64,000 nt of DNA from Anaeromyxobacteraceae bacterium (GTDB taxonomy: Bacteria > Myxococcota > Myxococcia > Myxococcales > Anaeromyxobacteraceae). Location: NCBI GenBank assembly GCA_032654565.1, contig JAULAX010000010.1:215104-279103 (forward strand). The letters run 5' to 3'. Of this stretch, positions 1 to 9,970 are shown piece by piece. The notes under the pieces are model-generated. The model worked only from the letters and a program-made list of their open reading frames with translations. It ran no database searches and was not told where the DNA came from. The position numbers were made by a program, and so were the translations under genes. How positions within the stretch are numbered: the stretch's first letter is position 1; each line of letters begins with the position of its first letter.

Positions 1-789
1 GGTGGCCAGCTCCTGCTCGTGCTTGGCCAGCACCTTCTCCACCACCGAGGAGACGAACTGCTCCATCAGCTCCATGTCCCCTTCCAGGTCCATGAAGGCC
101 ACCTCCGGCTCCACCATCCAGAACTCGGTGAGGTGGCGCCGGGTCTTCGACTTCTCGGCGCGGAAGGTGGGGCCGAAGCAGTAGACCTTGCCGAGCGCCA
201 TGGCGCCGGCCTCCATGTAGAGCTGCCCCGACTGCGTCAGGTAGGCCTTGCCGAGGTCGAAGTAGGGGACCTCGAAGAGGCTGCTGGTCCCCTCGCAGGC
301 CGCCGGCGTGAAGATGGGGGCGTCCACCAGCGTGAAGCCCCGCTCGTCGAAGAAGTCGCGGATGGCCTTGACCACCGTGGCCCGCACCCGCAGCACCACG
401 GTCTGCCGCTGCGAGCGGAGCCAGAGGTGGCGCTGCTCCATGAGGAAGGCGACGCCGTGCTCCTTGTGGCCGAGCGGGAACTCCTGCGACGGCTTGGCGA
501 ACACCGTCAGGTCGCGGACGTCGAGCTCGTAGCCGAGGGGCGAGCGCTCGTCCTTCTTCACCAGGCCGCGGACCGAGATGGAGGTCTCCTGCGGCAGGTG
601 GTCGGCCTCGAAGAAGACCTCCGGGGTGACGTTCCCCTTGAAGACCACGCACTGGATGATCCCGGTGCCGTCGCGCAGCTTGAGGAAGTGGAGCTTCCCC
701 TTGGAGGCGCGGTGGTGGAGCCAGCCGTGGAGGGTGACCTCCTGGCCTTCGTGCGTGGCGATGTCGGCGACGTGGACGGGGGGGAACAT
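1..789 (-). CDS. asnS: Asparagine--tRNA ligase, N-terminal part (runs off window start)
   Basis: Not in the ORF track; read manually from ATG 789: MFPPVHVADIATHEGQEVTLHGWLHHRASKGKLHFLKLRDGTG...RHLWLRS...ACEGTSSLF...AYLTQSGQLY...FGPTFRAEKSKTRRHLTEFWMVEPE (class IIb AsnRS motifs). Confidence 0.93.
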   Translation of the reverse strand, partial: MFPPVHVADIATHEGQEVTLHGWLHHRASKGKLHFLKLRDGTGIIQCVVFKGNVTPEVFFEADHLPQETSISVRGLVKKDERSPLGYELDVRDLTVFAKPSQEFPLGHKEHGVAFLMEQRHLWLRSQRQTVVLRVRATVVKAIRDFFDERGFTLVDAPIFTPAACEGTSSLFEVPYFDLGKAYLTQSGQLYMEAGAMALGKVYCFGPTFRAEKSKTRRHLTEFWMVEPEVAFMDLEGDMELMEQFVSSVVEKVLAKHEQELAT

Positions 790-859
790 GGGGGCGGACC
801 ATACCGCGCGGCGACGGTGCGGAAAAGCGCCCGGTTCTCGGCTACAATCCGCCCCCCTT

Positions 860-3361
860 ATGAGCATGAACGAGCGCTACGAACCGCAGTCGATCGAGTC
901 CCGCTGGCAGGAGCGGTGGGCCGCCGCCGGGGTCTTCAAGGCCGGCCGCCGTCCCCAGGCCGAGCCCCGCTACGTCCTGGAGATGTTCCCGTACCCGTCG
1001 GGCGCCATGCACATGGGCCACGCCCGGGTCTACACCATCGGCGACGCCCTGGCCCGCTGGCTGCGCATGCGCGGCCACGACGTGCTTCACCCCATCGGCT
1101 TCGACGCCCTGGGGCTGCCGGCCGAGAACGCCGCCATCAAGGACGGCCGCCACCCGGCCGAGCGGACCGCCGAGAACATCGTCAGCTTCCGCGCCGAGAT
1201 GAAGCGGCTCGGCTACGCCTTCGACTGGGACCGCGAGGTGGTCACCGCCGACCCCTCCTACTACCGCTGGAACCAGTGGTTCTTCCTGAAGATGCTGGAG
1301 AAGGGGATCGTCTACCGCCGCCAGGGCAAGGCCAACTGGTGCACCGGCTGCATGACGGTGATCGCCAACGAGCAGGTGGTGGACGACAACCTCTGCGAGC
1401 GCTGCAGCTCGCCGGTGGTGGAGAAGGTGATCGGCGAGTGGGCCTTCCGCATCACCGCCTACGCCGAGCGGCTGCTGGAGGGGCTGGACACGCTCACCGC
1501 GTGGCCGGAGCGGATCACCACCATGCAGCGAAACTGGATCGGCAAGTCGACCGGGGCCGAGATCGACTTCGCGGTGCAGGGGGGCGCCGAGAAGATCAAG
1601 GTCTTCACCACCCGGGTCGACACCATCTTCGGCTGCACCTACGTGGTGCTGGCGCCGGAGCACCCGCTCACCGTGGCGGTGACCCGGCCGGAGCGGCGGG
1701 CCGAGGTCGAGGCCTTCGTGGCCCGGATGCGGAAGACCGAGGCGGCCGAGCGGACCGGGGAGGGGGCGCCCAAGGAGGGCGTCTTCACCGGCGCCTTCGC
1801 CGTCAACCCGTTCAACGGCGAGGCGGTGCCGGTCTGGATCGCCAACTTCGTCCTCGCCGAGTACGGCACCGGCGCGGTGATGAGCGTCCCGGCCCACGAC
1901 CAGCGCGACTTCGAGTTCGCCCGGAAGTACGCCCTCCCCATCCGCACCGTGATCCAGCCGGTCGCCGGGGAGCGGACCCCGACCGGTGACGGGCTGGCCG
2001 CCGCCACCACCGGGGACGGCGTCACCGAGGGCTCCGGGGCCTTCTCCGGCCTCCCCTCGGCCGTGGCCCGCGAGCGGATGGGCGCCCGGGCGGCCGCCGA
2101 CGGGTTCGGCGGGCCGACGGTCCGCTGGCACCTGCGCGACTGGGGCTTCTCCCGCCAGCGCTACTGGGGGACGCCCATCCCCATCGTCTACTGCGACACC
2201 CACGGCGCGGTGGGGGTCCCGCTCGACCAGCTGCCGCTGAAGCTGCCGCCCCAGGCCATCATCACCGGCACCGGCGAGCCGCCGCTGGCCAAGGTCCCGG
2301 AGTTCGTCAACACCACCTGCCCCACCTGCGGGGGGCCGGCTCGGCGCGAGACCGAGACCATGGACACCTTCGTCGACTCGGCCTGGTACTACGCCCGCTA
2401 CCTCTCGCCCCGCGACGAGACCCAGCCCTTCGATCCGGCCGCGGCGCGCCGCTGGCTGCCGGTCGACGTCTACGTCGGCGGCCCCGAGCACGCCGTCATG
2501 CACCTGCTCTACTTCCGGTTCTGGCACCGGGTGATGCACGAGCTGGGGCTCACCGCCGAGCCGGAGCCCTGCAAGCGGCTGGTCACCCAGGGGATCGTCA
2601 ACGGCCCCGACGGGCGCAAGATGTCGAAGCGCTGGAACAACGTGGTGGCGCCCGGCTACATGATGGACCGGTTCGGCGCCGACACGGTGCGGCTCTTCAT
2701 GCTCTTCGCGGCCCCGCCGGAGAAGGACATCGACTGGTCGGACGAGCAGGTCGACGGCCTGTTCCGCTTCCTCACCCGGATCTGGCGCCTCTTCCACGCG
2801 CGGCAGGGCTGCTTCGCCGCGCCCGCGGCGGCGGCGGCCCAGGCCACCGGCCCCTTCCTCGAGCTCCGCCGGCGCACCCACCGGACCATCAAGAAGGTCA
2901 CCGAGGGGATGCAGGAGGACCTGAAGTTCAACACCGCCATCGCCGCGCTCATGGAGCTGATGAACGAGCTGCAGGGGCTGGAGCCGAAGACCGAGGCGGA
3001 GCAGGCGGCGGTGCGCGAGGGGCTGGTGGCCATGGCCACGCTGCTGGCGCCCTTCGCTCCCCACGTGGCCGAGGAGCTCTGGCACGAGGTCCTGGGGGCG
3101 CCGGCCCGGGACCGGCTGCTGGCCGAGGAGCCCTGGCCGGGCTTCGACGAGGCGCTCATCGTCTCCGACACCGTCACCATCGCCGTCCAGGTGAACGGCA
3201 AGCTGCGCGGCGAGGTGCAGGTGCCGGCCGCCGCCGGCGAGGCCGAGGTGCGGGCCGCCGCCGAGGGGCAGGAGAAGGTGCAGGGCTACCTGGCCGGCAA
3301 GCCGGTGAAGAAGGTGGTCTACGTCCGCGGCCGGCTCATCAACTACGTGGTGGGGGGGTAG
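860..3361 (+). CDS. leuS: Leucine--tRNA ligase
   Basis: MFPYPSG-HMGH (HIGH-type), MQRNWIG, GTGAVMSVPAHDQRD editing domain, SRQRYWG, TMDTF, KMSKR, VQVNGKLR. Start is ATG 860 or 866. Confidence 0.97.
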   Translation: MSMNERYEPQSIESRWQERWAAAGVFKAGRRPQAEPRYVLEMFPYPSGAMHMGHARVYTIGDALARWLRMRGHDVLHPIGFDALGLPAENAAIKDGRHPAERTAENIVSFRAEMKRLGYAFDWDREVVTADPSYYRWNQWFFLKMLEKGIVYRRQGKANWCTGCMTVIANEQVVDDNLCERCSSPVVEKVIGEWAFRITAYAERLLEGLDTLTAWPERITTMQRNWIGKSTGAEIDFAVQGGAEKIKVFTTRVDTIFGCTYVVLAPEHPLTVAVTRPERRAEVEAFVARMRKTEAAERTGEGAPKEGVFTGAFAVNPFNGEAVPVWIANFVLAEYGTGAVMSVPAHDQRDFEFARKYALPIRTVIQPVAGERTPTGDGLAAATTGDGVTEGSGAFSGLPSAVARERMGARAAADGFGGPTVRWHLRDWGFSRQRYWGTPIPIVYCDTHGAVGVPLDQLPLKLPPQAIITGTGEPPLAKVPEFVNTTCPTCGGPARRETETMDTFVDSAWYYARYLSPRDETQPFDPAAARRWLPVDVYVGGPEHAVMHLLYFRFWHRVMHELGLTAEPEPCKRLVTQGIVNGPDGRKMSKRWNNVVAPGYMMDRFGADTVRLFMLFAAPPEKDIDWSDEQVDGLFRFLTRIWRLFHARQGCFAAPAAAAAQATGPFLELRRRTHRTIKKVTEGMQEDLKFNTAIAALMELMNELQGLEPKTEAEQAAVREGLVAMATLLAPFAPHVAEELWHEVLGAPARDRLLAEEPWPGFDEALIVSDTVTIAVQVNGKLRGEVQVPAAAGEAEVRAAAEGQEKVQGYLAGKPVKKVVYVRGRLINYVVGG

Positions 3362-3365
3362 GGCG

Positions 3366-3848
3366 GTGGCACGTCGCCGGGGCTGGGGCGGGGCGCTGCT
3401 GGCGGCCACGGCGCTGGCGCTGGGCGGCTGCGGCTACACCGTCTCGGCGGGGCTGAAGCTCCGCGGCGGCGCCGGGCGCGCCGAGGTCCGGGTCTTCGAG
3501 AACCACTCCACCGATCCCTCGGTGGGGGTGGAGGTGACCTCGGCGCTGCGCGAGGCGCTGGCGCGGCGGGGCGCGGTCGGCGACGGCGCCGGGGCGGTCA
3601 TCGACGGGGAGGTGCTCACCGAGAGCGTGGCCCCCTCGTTCGGCAGCGGCGCCACCATGCGGGTGTCCCTGGTGGTCCGGGCCCGGCTGCTGGTCGACGG
3701 CGTGCTGGTGGTGGAGCGCCAGGCCCGGCGCGAGGCCGACTACCTGGCCGGGGCCGATGCGCTGGAGGGCGAGGCGAGGCGCGCCCAGGCGCTGCGGCGG
3801 CTCGCCGGAGAGGCGGCCCGCGACGTCCTGAGCGCGTTCCTGGAGTAG
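3366..3848 (+). CDS. lptE: LptE-family LPS assembly lipoprotein
   Basis: Signal peptide with lipobox LGGC-GY, FENHS motif, canonical position after leuS. Confidence 0.75.
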   Translation: MARRRGWGGALLAATALALGGCGYTVSAGLKLRGGAGRAEVRVFENHSTDPSVGVEVTSALREALARRGAVGDGAGAVIDGEVLTESVAPSFGSGATMRVSLVVRARLLVDGVLVVERQARREADYLAGADALEGEARRAQALRRLAGEAARDVLSAFLE

Positions 3849-3875
3849 GCGGCGCCGGGCGGCGCGCCCACCGGG

Positions 3876-4145
3876 CTACTTCTTGGAGGCCTTCGCCAGG
3901 GCGTGCGCCAGGCGGGAGATCTTCCGGGAGGCGGCGTTCTTGTGGACCACGCCCTTCGACCCGCCCTTGGCGATGGTCCGCTCCGCGACCTTGAGGGCCA
4001 CGGCGGCGCCGGTGGTGTCGCCCTTCTCCAGGGCCTCGCGCACCTTCTTGACGGCGCTCTTCACGCCGGTGCGGACCTGGACGTTGCGGGTGCGGCGCTT
4101 CTGCGCCTGACGGTTGCGCTTCTGGGCCGAGACGGTGTTCGCCAA
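3876..4145 (-). CDS. rpsT: 30S ribosomal protein S20
   Basis: MANTVSAQKRNRQAQKRR...KGVVHKNAASRKISRL; TTG start. Confidence 0.97.
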   Translation of the reverse strand: MANTVSAQKRNRQAQKRRTRNVQVRTGVKSAVKKVREALEKGDTTGAAVALKVAERTIAKGGSKGVVHKNAASRKISRLAHALAKASKK

Positions 4146-4176
4146 AGCAGACTCTCCCTGCGAGTTGAGGGCGCGC

Positions 4177-4205
4177 TATGTACCGCCCGCGCCTTGGAGA
4201 GTCAA
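4177..4205 (-). promoter_or_regulatory. Putative sigma70 promoter of rpsT
   Basis: Minus strand TTGACT-N17-TACATA, about 30 nt upstream of the start codon. Confidence 0.5.
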
Positions 4206-4644
4206 GGGGTTGCGTCGTGGCCGGGCCGGCGGCGCGCCGGAAGGCCGGGCGGGAAGGGTGCCGGGGGCCCGTCGTGGGATCAATGGGCATGGCGCGCGGG
4301 CCTTAGAGCCACAAGGCCGCGCTCGCCAGTTGAGCGCCGCAGCCTTGCGACACAACGGCCAGCCAGCGAGCCGATCGGCCCGGCTTAGCGGCGCAATGGA
4401 AGCCCGCGCGGGTGCTGCGCGCTCCCGCGCCGCACCTGCGGAAGATCGCCACTGAACCGGAGAGTTATCCACCGCTGGCCATCCGCCGGGCCCTCGGAGC
4501 GCAGGAATGCACCGAAGGTGTGTCGAAGGGTGGAGATACCGCCACCTATCTGCATGGAATCATGGAGCAAAACGGCGTGACTATATGTTCCCGGGGGGTG
4601 CCGGTTCGGCGACATTGGCCCGCTGCGGCGAGGTCCGCCGGGAG

Positions 4645-5502
4645 TTATCCACGTTCTTTCCCCAATGGCGCCGCCCCGCGCCCCGGCTGGGTATGGGCTG
4701 ACGATTTCGCTTGATCCTCCAGCCCCTTCGCCTCGTCCCAGAGCAGGTCCATCTCCGCCAGGGTGGCGGTGCCCGGGGCCGCGCCGCGCCGGGCCAGCTC
4801 CGCCTCGACGTGCGTGAAGCGGGAGATGAACCGCCCCACGGTGCCGCGCAGCGCCTCCTCGGGAGCGATCCCCAGCTTGCGGGCCAGGTTGGCCAGGGCG
4901 AAGAGGGTGTCACCCAGCTCGCGCTCGATCTCGGCCCGCCGCCCCGAGGCGATGGCCTCGTCGAGCTCCCCCAGCTCCTCGGTCACCTTGGCCCGGGCGC
5001 CGCTGGCGTCGGGCCAGTCGAAGCCGACCCGGCTGGCCTTCTCGGTGAGCCGGTCGGCCCGCGCCAGGGCCGGGAGCTCGCGCGGGACCCCCTCCAGCGC
5101 GCTCAGGCCGCCGCCCTTCTTCCGCTTCTCCTCCCGCTTCAACGCCGCCCACTGCGTCAGCACCTCGGCGGCGTCCTTGACCTGGCCGTCGCCGAAGACG
5201 TGGGGGTGGCGGGAGACCAGCTTGTCGGAGATGGCGTCGGCGACGTCGGCGAAGGCGAAGGCTCCGGCCTCCTCGCGCAGCCGGGCCTGGAAGACGATCT
5301 GCAGCAGCAGGTCCCCCAGCTCCTCGCGGTGGGCGGCGGCGTCGCCGGAGTCGATGGCCTCCAGCACCTCGTAGGTCTCCTCGAGGACGTAGGGGCGGAG
5401 GGTCTCCAGGGTCTGCTCCAGGTCCCAGGGGCAGCCGCCGGGCGAGCGGAGGCGGGCCATGATGGCGAGGAGGCGCTCGATGGCTTCGGAGGGGCGTGAC
5501 AT
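4645..5502 (-). CDS. mazG: Nucleoside triphosphate pyrophosphohydrolase MazG
   Basis: LRSPGGCPWDLEQT, EELGDLLLQIVF, KLVSRHPHVF, GFDW, ELGDTLF. Confidence 0.95.
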   Translation of the reverse strand: MSRPSEAIERLLAIMARLRSPGGCPWDLEQTLETLRPYVLEETYEVLEAIDSGDAAAHREELGDLLLQIVFQARLREEAGAFAFADVADAISDKLVSRHPHVFGDGQVKDAAEVLTQWAALKREEKRKKGGGLSALEGVPRELPALARADRLTEKASRVGFDWPDASGARAKVTEELGELDEAIASGRRAEIERELGDTLFALANLARKLGIAPEEALRGTVGRFISRFTHVEAELARRGAAPGTATLAEMDLLWDEAKGLEDQAKSSAHTQPGRGAAPLGKERG

Positions 5503-5549
5503 TGGACGTGTTTAGCCCAGGGGAGGGCGTGCTAGCATCCCTTCCTCGC

Positions 5550-7694
5550 GTGCCGACCCGGAAGACGCTCCTCGCCATCGCCGTCCTCGCGCTCCTCCCT
5601 TCGCTGGCGCGGGCGCAGGTCTCGTCGCCCGCCCCGGTGGACGACGAGCGGGAGGCGCCGCTCCCCGACGAGCCGTCGCCGCTGCGCAAGGCCAGGAGGG
5701 AGCCGCCGGGCCAGGCCGCCGACGGCGCCACCGAGCCGGGCCGGCCGGTCCCGCCAGGGGCCGGCAAGGTCGGCGAACCCGTCCCCGAGCCTCCGGCGCC
5801 GGATCCTTCGGCGGCCAACGCCCCGGACAGCCTGCCGGCGCCACAGCAGCCCCGGCCCCCGGAGCCGGCGCCGCTCCCGGCCGCCCGGCCCATCCTCCCG
5901 GTCGCCACCAGCCCCCAGGTCCTCTTCGAGCGGTGGGCGGAGCGCCGGACCGCCCTGCGCGAGCAGGACCCGGCCCGGGCGGCGGCGGCGGCGGCGGCGG
6001 TGCTGGCCGCCCGGCGTGAGCTGGCCATCGAGAACCTGGTCCCCTTCGCCTTCAGCGAGGTGCGCAACGCCAACCGGTCGCTGGAGGCGGGGGTGCTGGC
6101 CGATGCCCTGGCCCACGCCGAGCTGGCCGTCCAGCTGGCCCCGGAGCTGGCCGACGCCCACGCCGCGCTGGCCCGGGTCCGCTTCGCCCGGGCGCCGGGC
6201 GAGCCGGGGGCGGTGCTGGCGGCGCTCGGTGACGCGGCCCGGGCCGCCTTCGGTGAGCCGCACACCCGGCGGGCCTTCCTCGCCGACCTGGTGGCGGCGC
6301 TGTTCGCGGCGGTGCTGGCGGCCGCGGCGGCGGCGCTGGCGGTGCTGCTGCTCCGCTCGCTCCGGCTCTTCCTCCACGACTTCCACCACCTGCCGCTGCT
6401 GCGCGGCTCGGCGAGCATCCAGGCCGGCTTCCTCGGCCTGGTGCTGCTGGCGACGCCGGTGGCCTTCGGCCTCGGGCCGCTGGCCTTCATCGCCGTGGCC
6501 CTGGTGGCGGCCTGGCTCTACCTCTCGGTGTCCGAGCGGCTGGCCATGACGGTGGCGCTGCTGGTGGTCGCCGCCATCCCATGGGCGGGGCAGGAGGCGG
6601 CCCGCTCCATCGCCTGGACCGGCACGCTGGCCGAGTCGGTCCACGAGCTCGAGCACGGCGCCCCCGGCGACGCCGAGGTGGCGGCGCTGACCGCCCTCGC
6701 CGCCCAGGGCGGCGCCCCGTCGCCGCTGGCCGCGGCCCTGGGCCGCCACGCCAAGCGGCTGGGCGACCTGCCGGCCGCGGCGCGCTGGTACGCCGAGGCC
6801 CTGCGGATCGATCCGCGGGCGGCCGAGGTGGAGGTGAACCTGGGAAACGTCCTCTTCCTGCAGGGTGACCTGGCCGGGGCCAAGGCCTCCTACCTGGCCG
6901 CGGTGGACCATTCGGCGGGGGACCGGACCATCCAGGCGGCGGCCCACTACGACCTCTCCAAGCTCTACCTGCGGTCGTCGGACATCGAGCGCTCCAGCGC
7001 CGCCCGGGACCGGGCCGAGCAGGAGGACGGCCCCTACCTGCGCCGCTTCGGGGCCGACGACGACTTCTCCGCCAACCGGTACCTGGTGGACGTGCCGGTG
7101 CCGGCGGCCAAGGTGCTGGCGCTGGCCGGCGTGGACGGCATGCCCGAGGCGGTCCGCGACGAGCTCCGGCACCGGCTGGCCGGGGCCCTGCCGCCCTGGA
7201 CCTGGCCCTGGGTGCCGCTGGGGCTGGCGGCCCTGCTCTGGGGGCTGGCGCTGCTCCAGGCCCGGCTCGATCCGTCCCACCCCTGCCAGAAGTGCGGCCG
7301 CCCGGCCTGCCGCCGCTGCGACGCCGGCAGCGGCCCGCTCTGCGGCCAGTGCGTCAACGTCTACGTGAAGAAGGGCGTGGTCGACGCCCGGGACCGGCTG
7401 CGCAAGGACGCCGAGGTGAAGCGTCACGGGCAGGTCCAGCTGCTGCTGGCGCGGGCCCTGGCGCTGCTCAGCGGCGGCGGCGGCCACCTCTACGGGGGGC
7501 AGCCGTGGCTGGGGCTGGTGCTCCTGACCGCGCTGCTCTTCTTCGCCTTCCTCACCTGGTTCTGGCGCGGCCTGATGCCGCCGCCGCTCCCCACCCCCTA
7601 CCTGCTGGTCGGCAAGCTGGTCACCATCCTCCCGGCGGCGCTGGTCATCTACCTGGTCGCGGTGCGCGACCTCTTCCGCCGCACCCGGCCCTAG
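5550..7694 (+). CDS. Membrane TPR protein with Cys-rich Zn-finger segment
   Basis: Signal peptide, Pro-rich linker, TPR-like repeats (VEVNLGNVLFLQGD), several TM segments, CQKCGRPACRRC...LCGQC. GTG 5550 start inferred. Confidence 0.75.
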   Translation: MPTRKTLLAIAVLALLPSLARAQVSSPAPVDDEREAPLPDEPSPLRKARREPPGQAADGATEPGRPVPPGAGKVGEPVPEPPAPDPSAANAPDSLPAPQQPRPPEPAPLPAARPILPVATSPQVLFERWAERRTALREQDPARAAAAAAAVLAARRELAIENLVPFAFSEVRNANRSLEAGVLADALAHAELAVQLAPELADAHAALARVRFARAPGEPGAVLAALGDAARAAFGEPHTRRAFLADLVAALFAAVLAAAAAALAVLLLRSLRLFLHDFHHLPLLRGSASIQAGFLGLVLLATPVAFGLGPLAFIAVALVAAWLYLSVSERLAMTVALLVVAAIPWAGQEAARSIAWTGTLAESVHELEHGAPGDAEVAALTALAAQGGAPSPLAAALGRHAKRLGDLPAAARWYAEALRIDPRAAEVEVNLGNVLFLQGDLAGAKASYLAAVDHSAGDRTIQAAAHYDLSKLYLRSSDIERSSAARDRAEQEDGPYLRRFGADDDFSANRYLVDVPVPAAKVLALAGVDGMPEAVRDELRHRLAGALPPWTWPWVPLGLAALLWGLALLQARLDPSHPCQKCGRPACRRCDAGSGPLCGQCVNVYVKKGVVDARDRLRKDAEVKRHGQVQLLLARALALLSGGGGHLYGGQPWLGLVLLTALLFFAFLTWFWRGLMPPPLPTPYLLVGKLVTILPAALVIYLVAVRDLFRRTRP

Positions 7695-7703
7695 GAGCGA
7701 CGC

Positions 7704-8911
7704 GTGGCGCTGAAGGGGACGCTCAAGGACTTCGGGATCGCAGAGATCCTCCAGCTCATCGGCCAGCAGGCCAAGAGCGGGGTGCTGCACCTGGAGTCGC
7801 GCGACGACGTCATCCACATCGCCATCGCCGACGGCAACGTGGTCCGCGCCGAGTCGGCGGGGCGCAAGGCGCGGGAGAAGCTCGGCATGCTGCTGGTGCG
7901 GGCCGACGTCATCACCCAGCGCCAGCTCGACGCCGCCCTCGATCTCCAGCAGCGGACGCTGCGGCGGCTCGGCGACATCCTCGTCGAGCTGGAGTACGTC
8001 AGCGTGGCGCGGCTGCGGGAGATGACGGCGCTGCAGACCACCGAGACGGTCTACAAGCTCTTCCACTGGAAGAGCGGGACCTACGCCTTCGAGCCCGGCG
8101 ACGTGGAGTGGGACCCGGAGACGGTGACCCCGGTCCGCGCCGAGTCGGTGCTGATGGAGGGGTTCCGGCAGGTCGACGAGTGGCCGCTGGTACGCAAGCG
8201 GATCACCTCGCGGGAGATGACCTTCTCGCGGATCCGGACCCCCGAGCCGGAGCGGGTCCGCAAGGGGTCGGTGGAGCAGGACGTCGACGCCGCCTTCGAC
8301 GCGCTCGGCGACGGGCTCTCGCCCGAGGAGGAGGGGGAGGGGACCGACCAGTCCGAGGTGGCGCTGGGGCGCTCCGAGCGGCGGGCCTTCGAGCTGGCGG
8401 TGCCCGGCCGGACCGTCGACCGCATCGTCGATCTCTCCAGGCTGGGCGAGTTCGAGACCTGCAAGGCGCTGCAGAACCTGCTCAACCTCGGCTACCTGCG
8501 CGCCGAGGCCCCGACCCGGGCGCGGGGAGGCACGGTCGGCGCCTATGCCCGCGACCTGCGGCACCGCGGCCGGACCTGGGTGGTGCGCGGGGTGACCACC
8601 GGCGCCCTGGCGGTGGCGCTGGCGGCGCTGGCCTTCTGGGTGGACCAGCGCGGCCTCGACGCCGGGGCGGGGGGGAGCGCCGTGGCCCTGGGCGACAACC
8701 TGGCCCCGCGCACCCTGGCGCGCTACCAGCTGGCCAGGCTGCGCGGGGCGCTCGACGTCTACCGGGTGGAGCGGGGCGAGTATCCGGCCCGGCTCGAGGA
8801 GCTGATCGACGCCGGGCTGGTGGGGGCGCGCGACCTGCGCCACCCGTGGAGCCAGCCCTACCACTACCGGCGCCAGCCGGAGGGCGGCTTCGTGCTGCTC
8901 TCGCCCGTGGA

Positions 8912-8915
<4 letters not shown>
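7704..8915 (+). CDS. DUF4388 domain protein with MshEN-like motif, TM helix and GspG-like C-terminus
   Basis: MALKGTLKDFGIAEILQLI...KSGVL (DUF4388); KLGMLL...RLGDILV; C-terminal ALDVYRVERGEYP...HPWSQPYHY. Confidence 0.8.
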
Positions 8916-9892
<977 letters not shown>

Positions 9893-9970
9893 TATCGCCC
9901 CCGTCTCCCGCCCGGAGAGCACCGGTCGAGGCCGTTGCCAAGGCCGGGCGATGGGTGCAGGCTCCCCCCC

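Noticed and set aside
4146..4664. oriC or dif site
   Set aside because: Only two good DnaA-box-like sites, no dnaA/dnaN nearby, no XerC/XerD dif consensus recognisable
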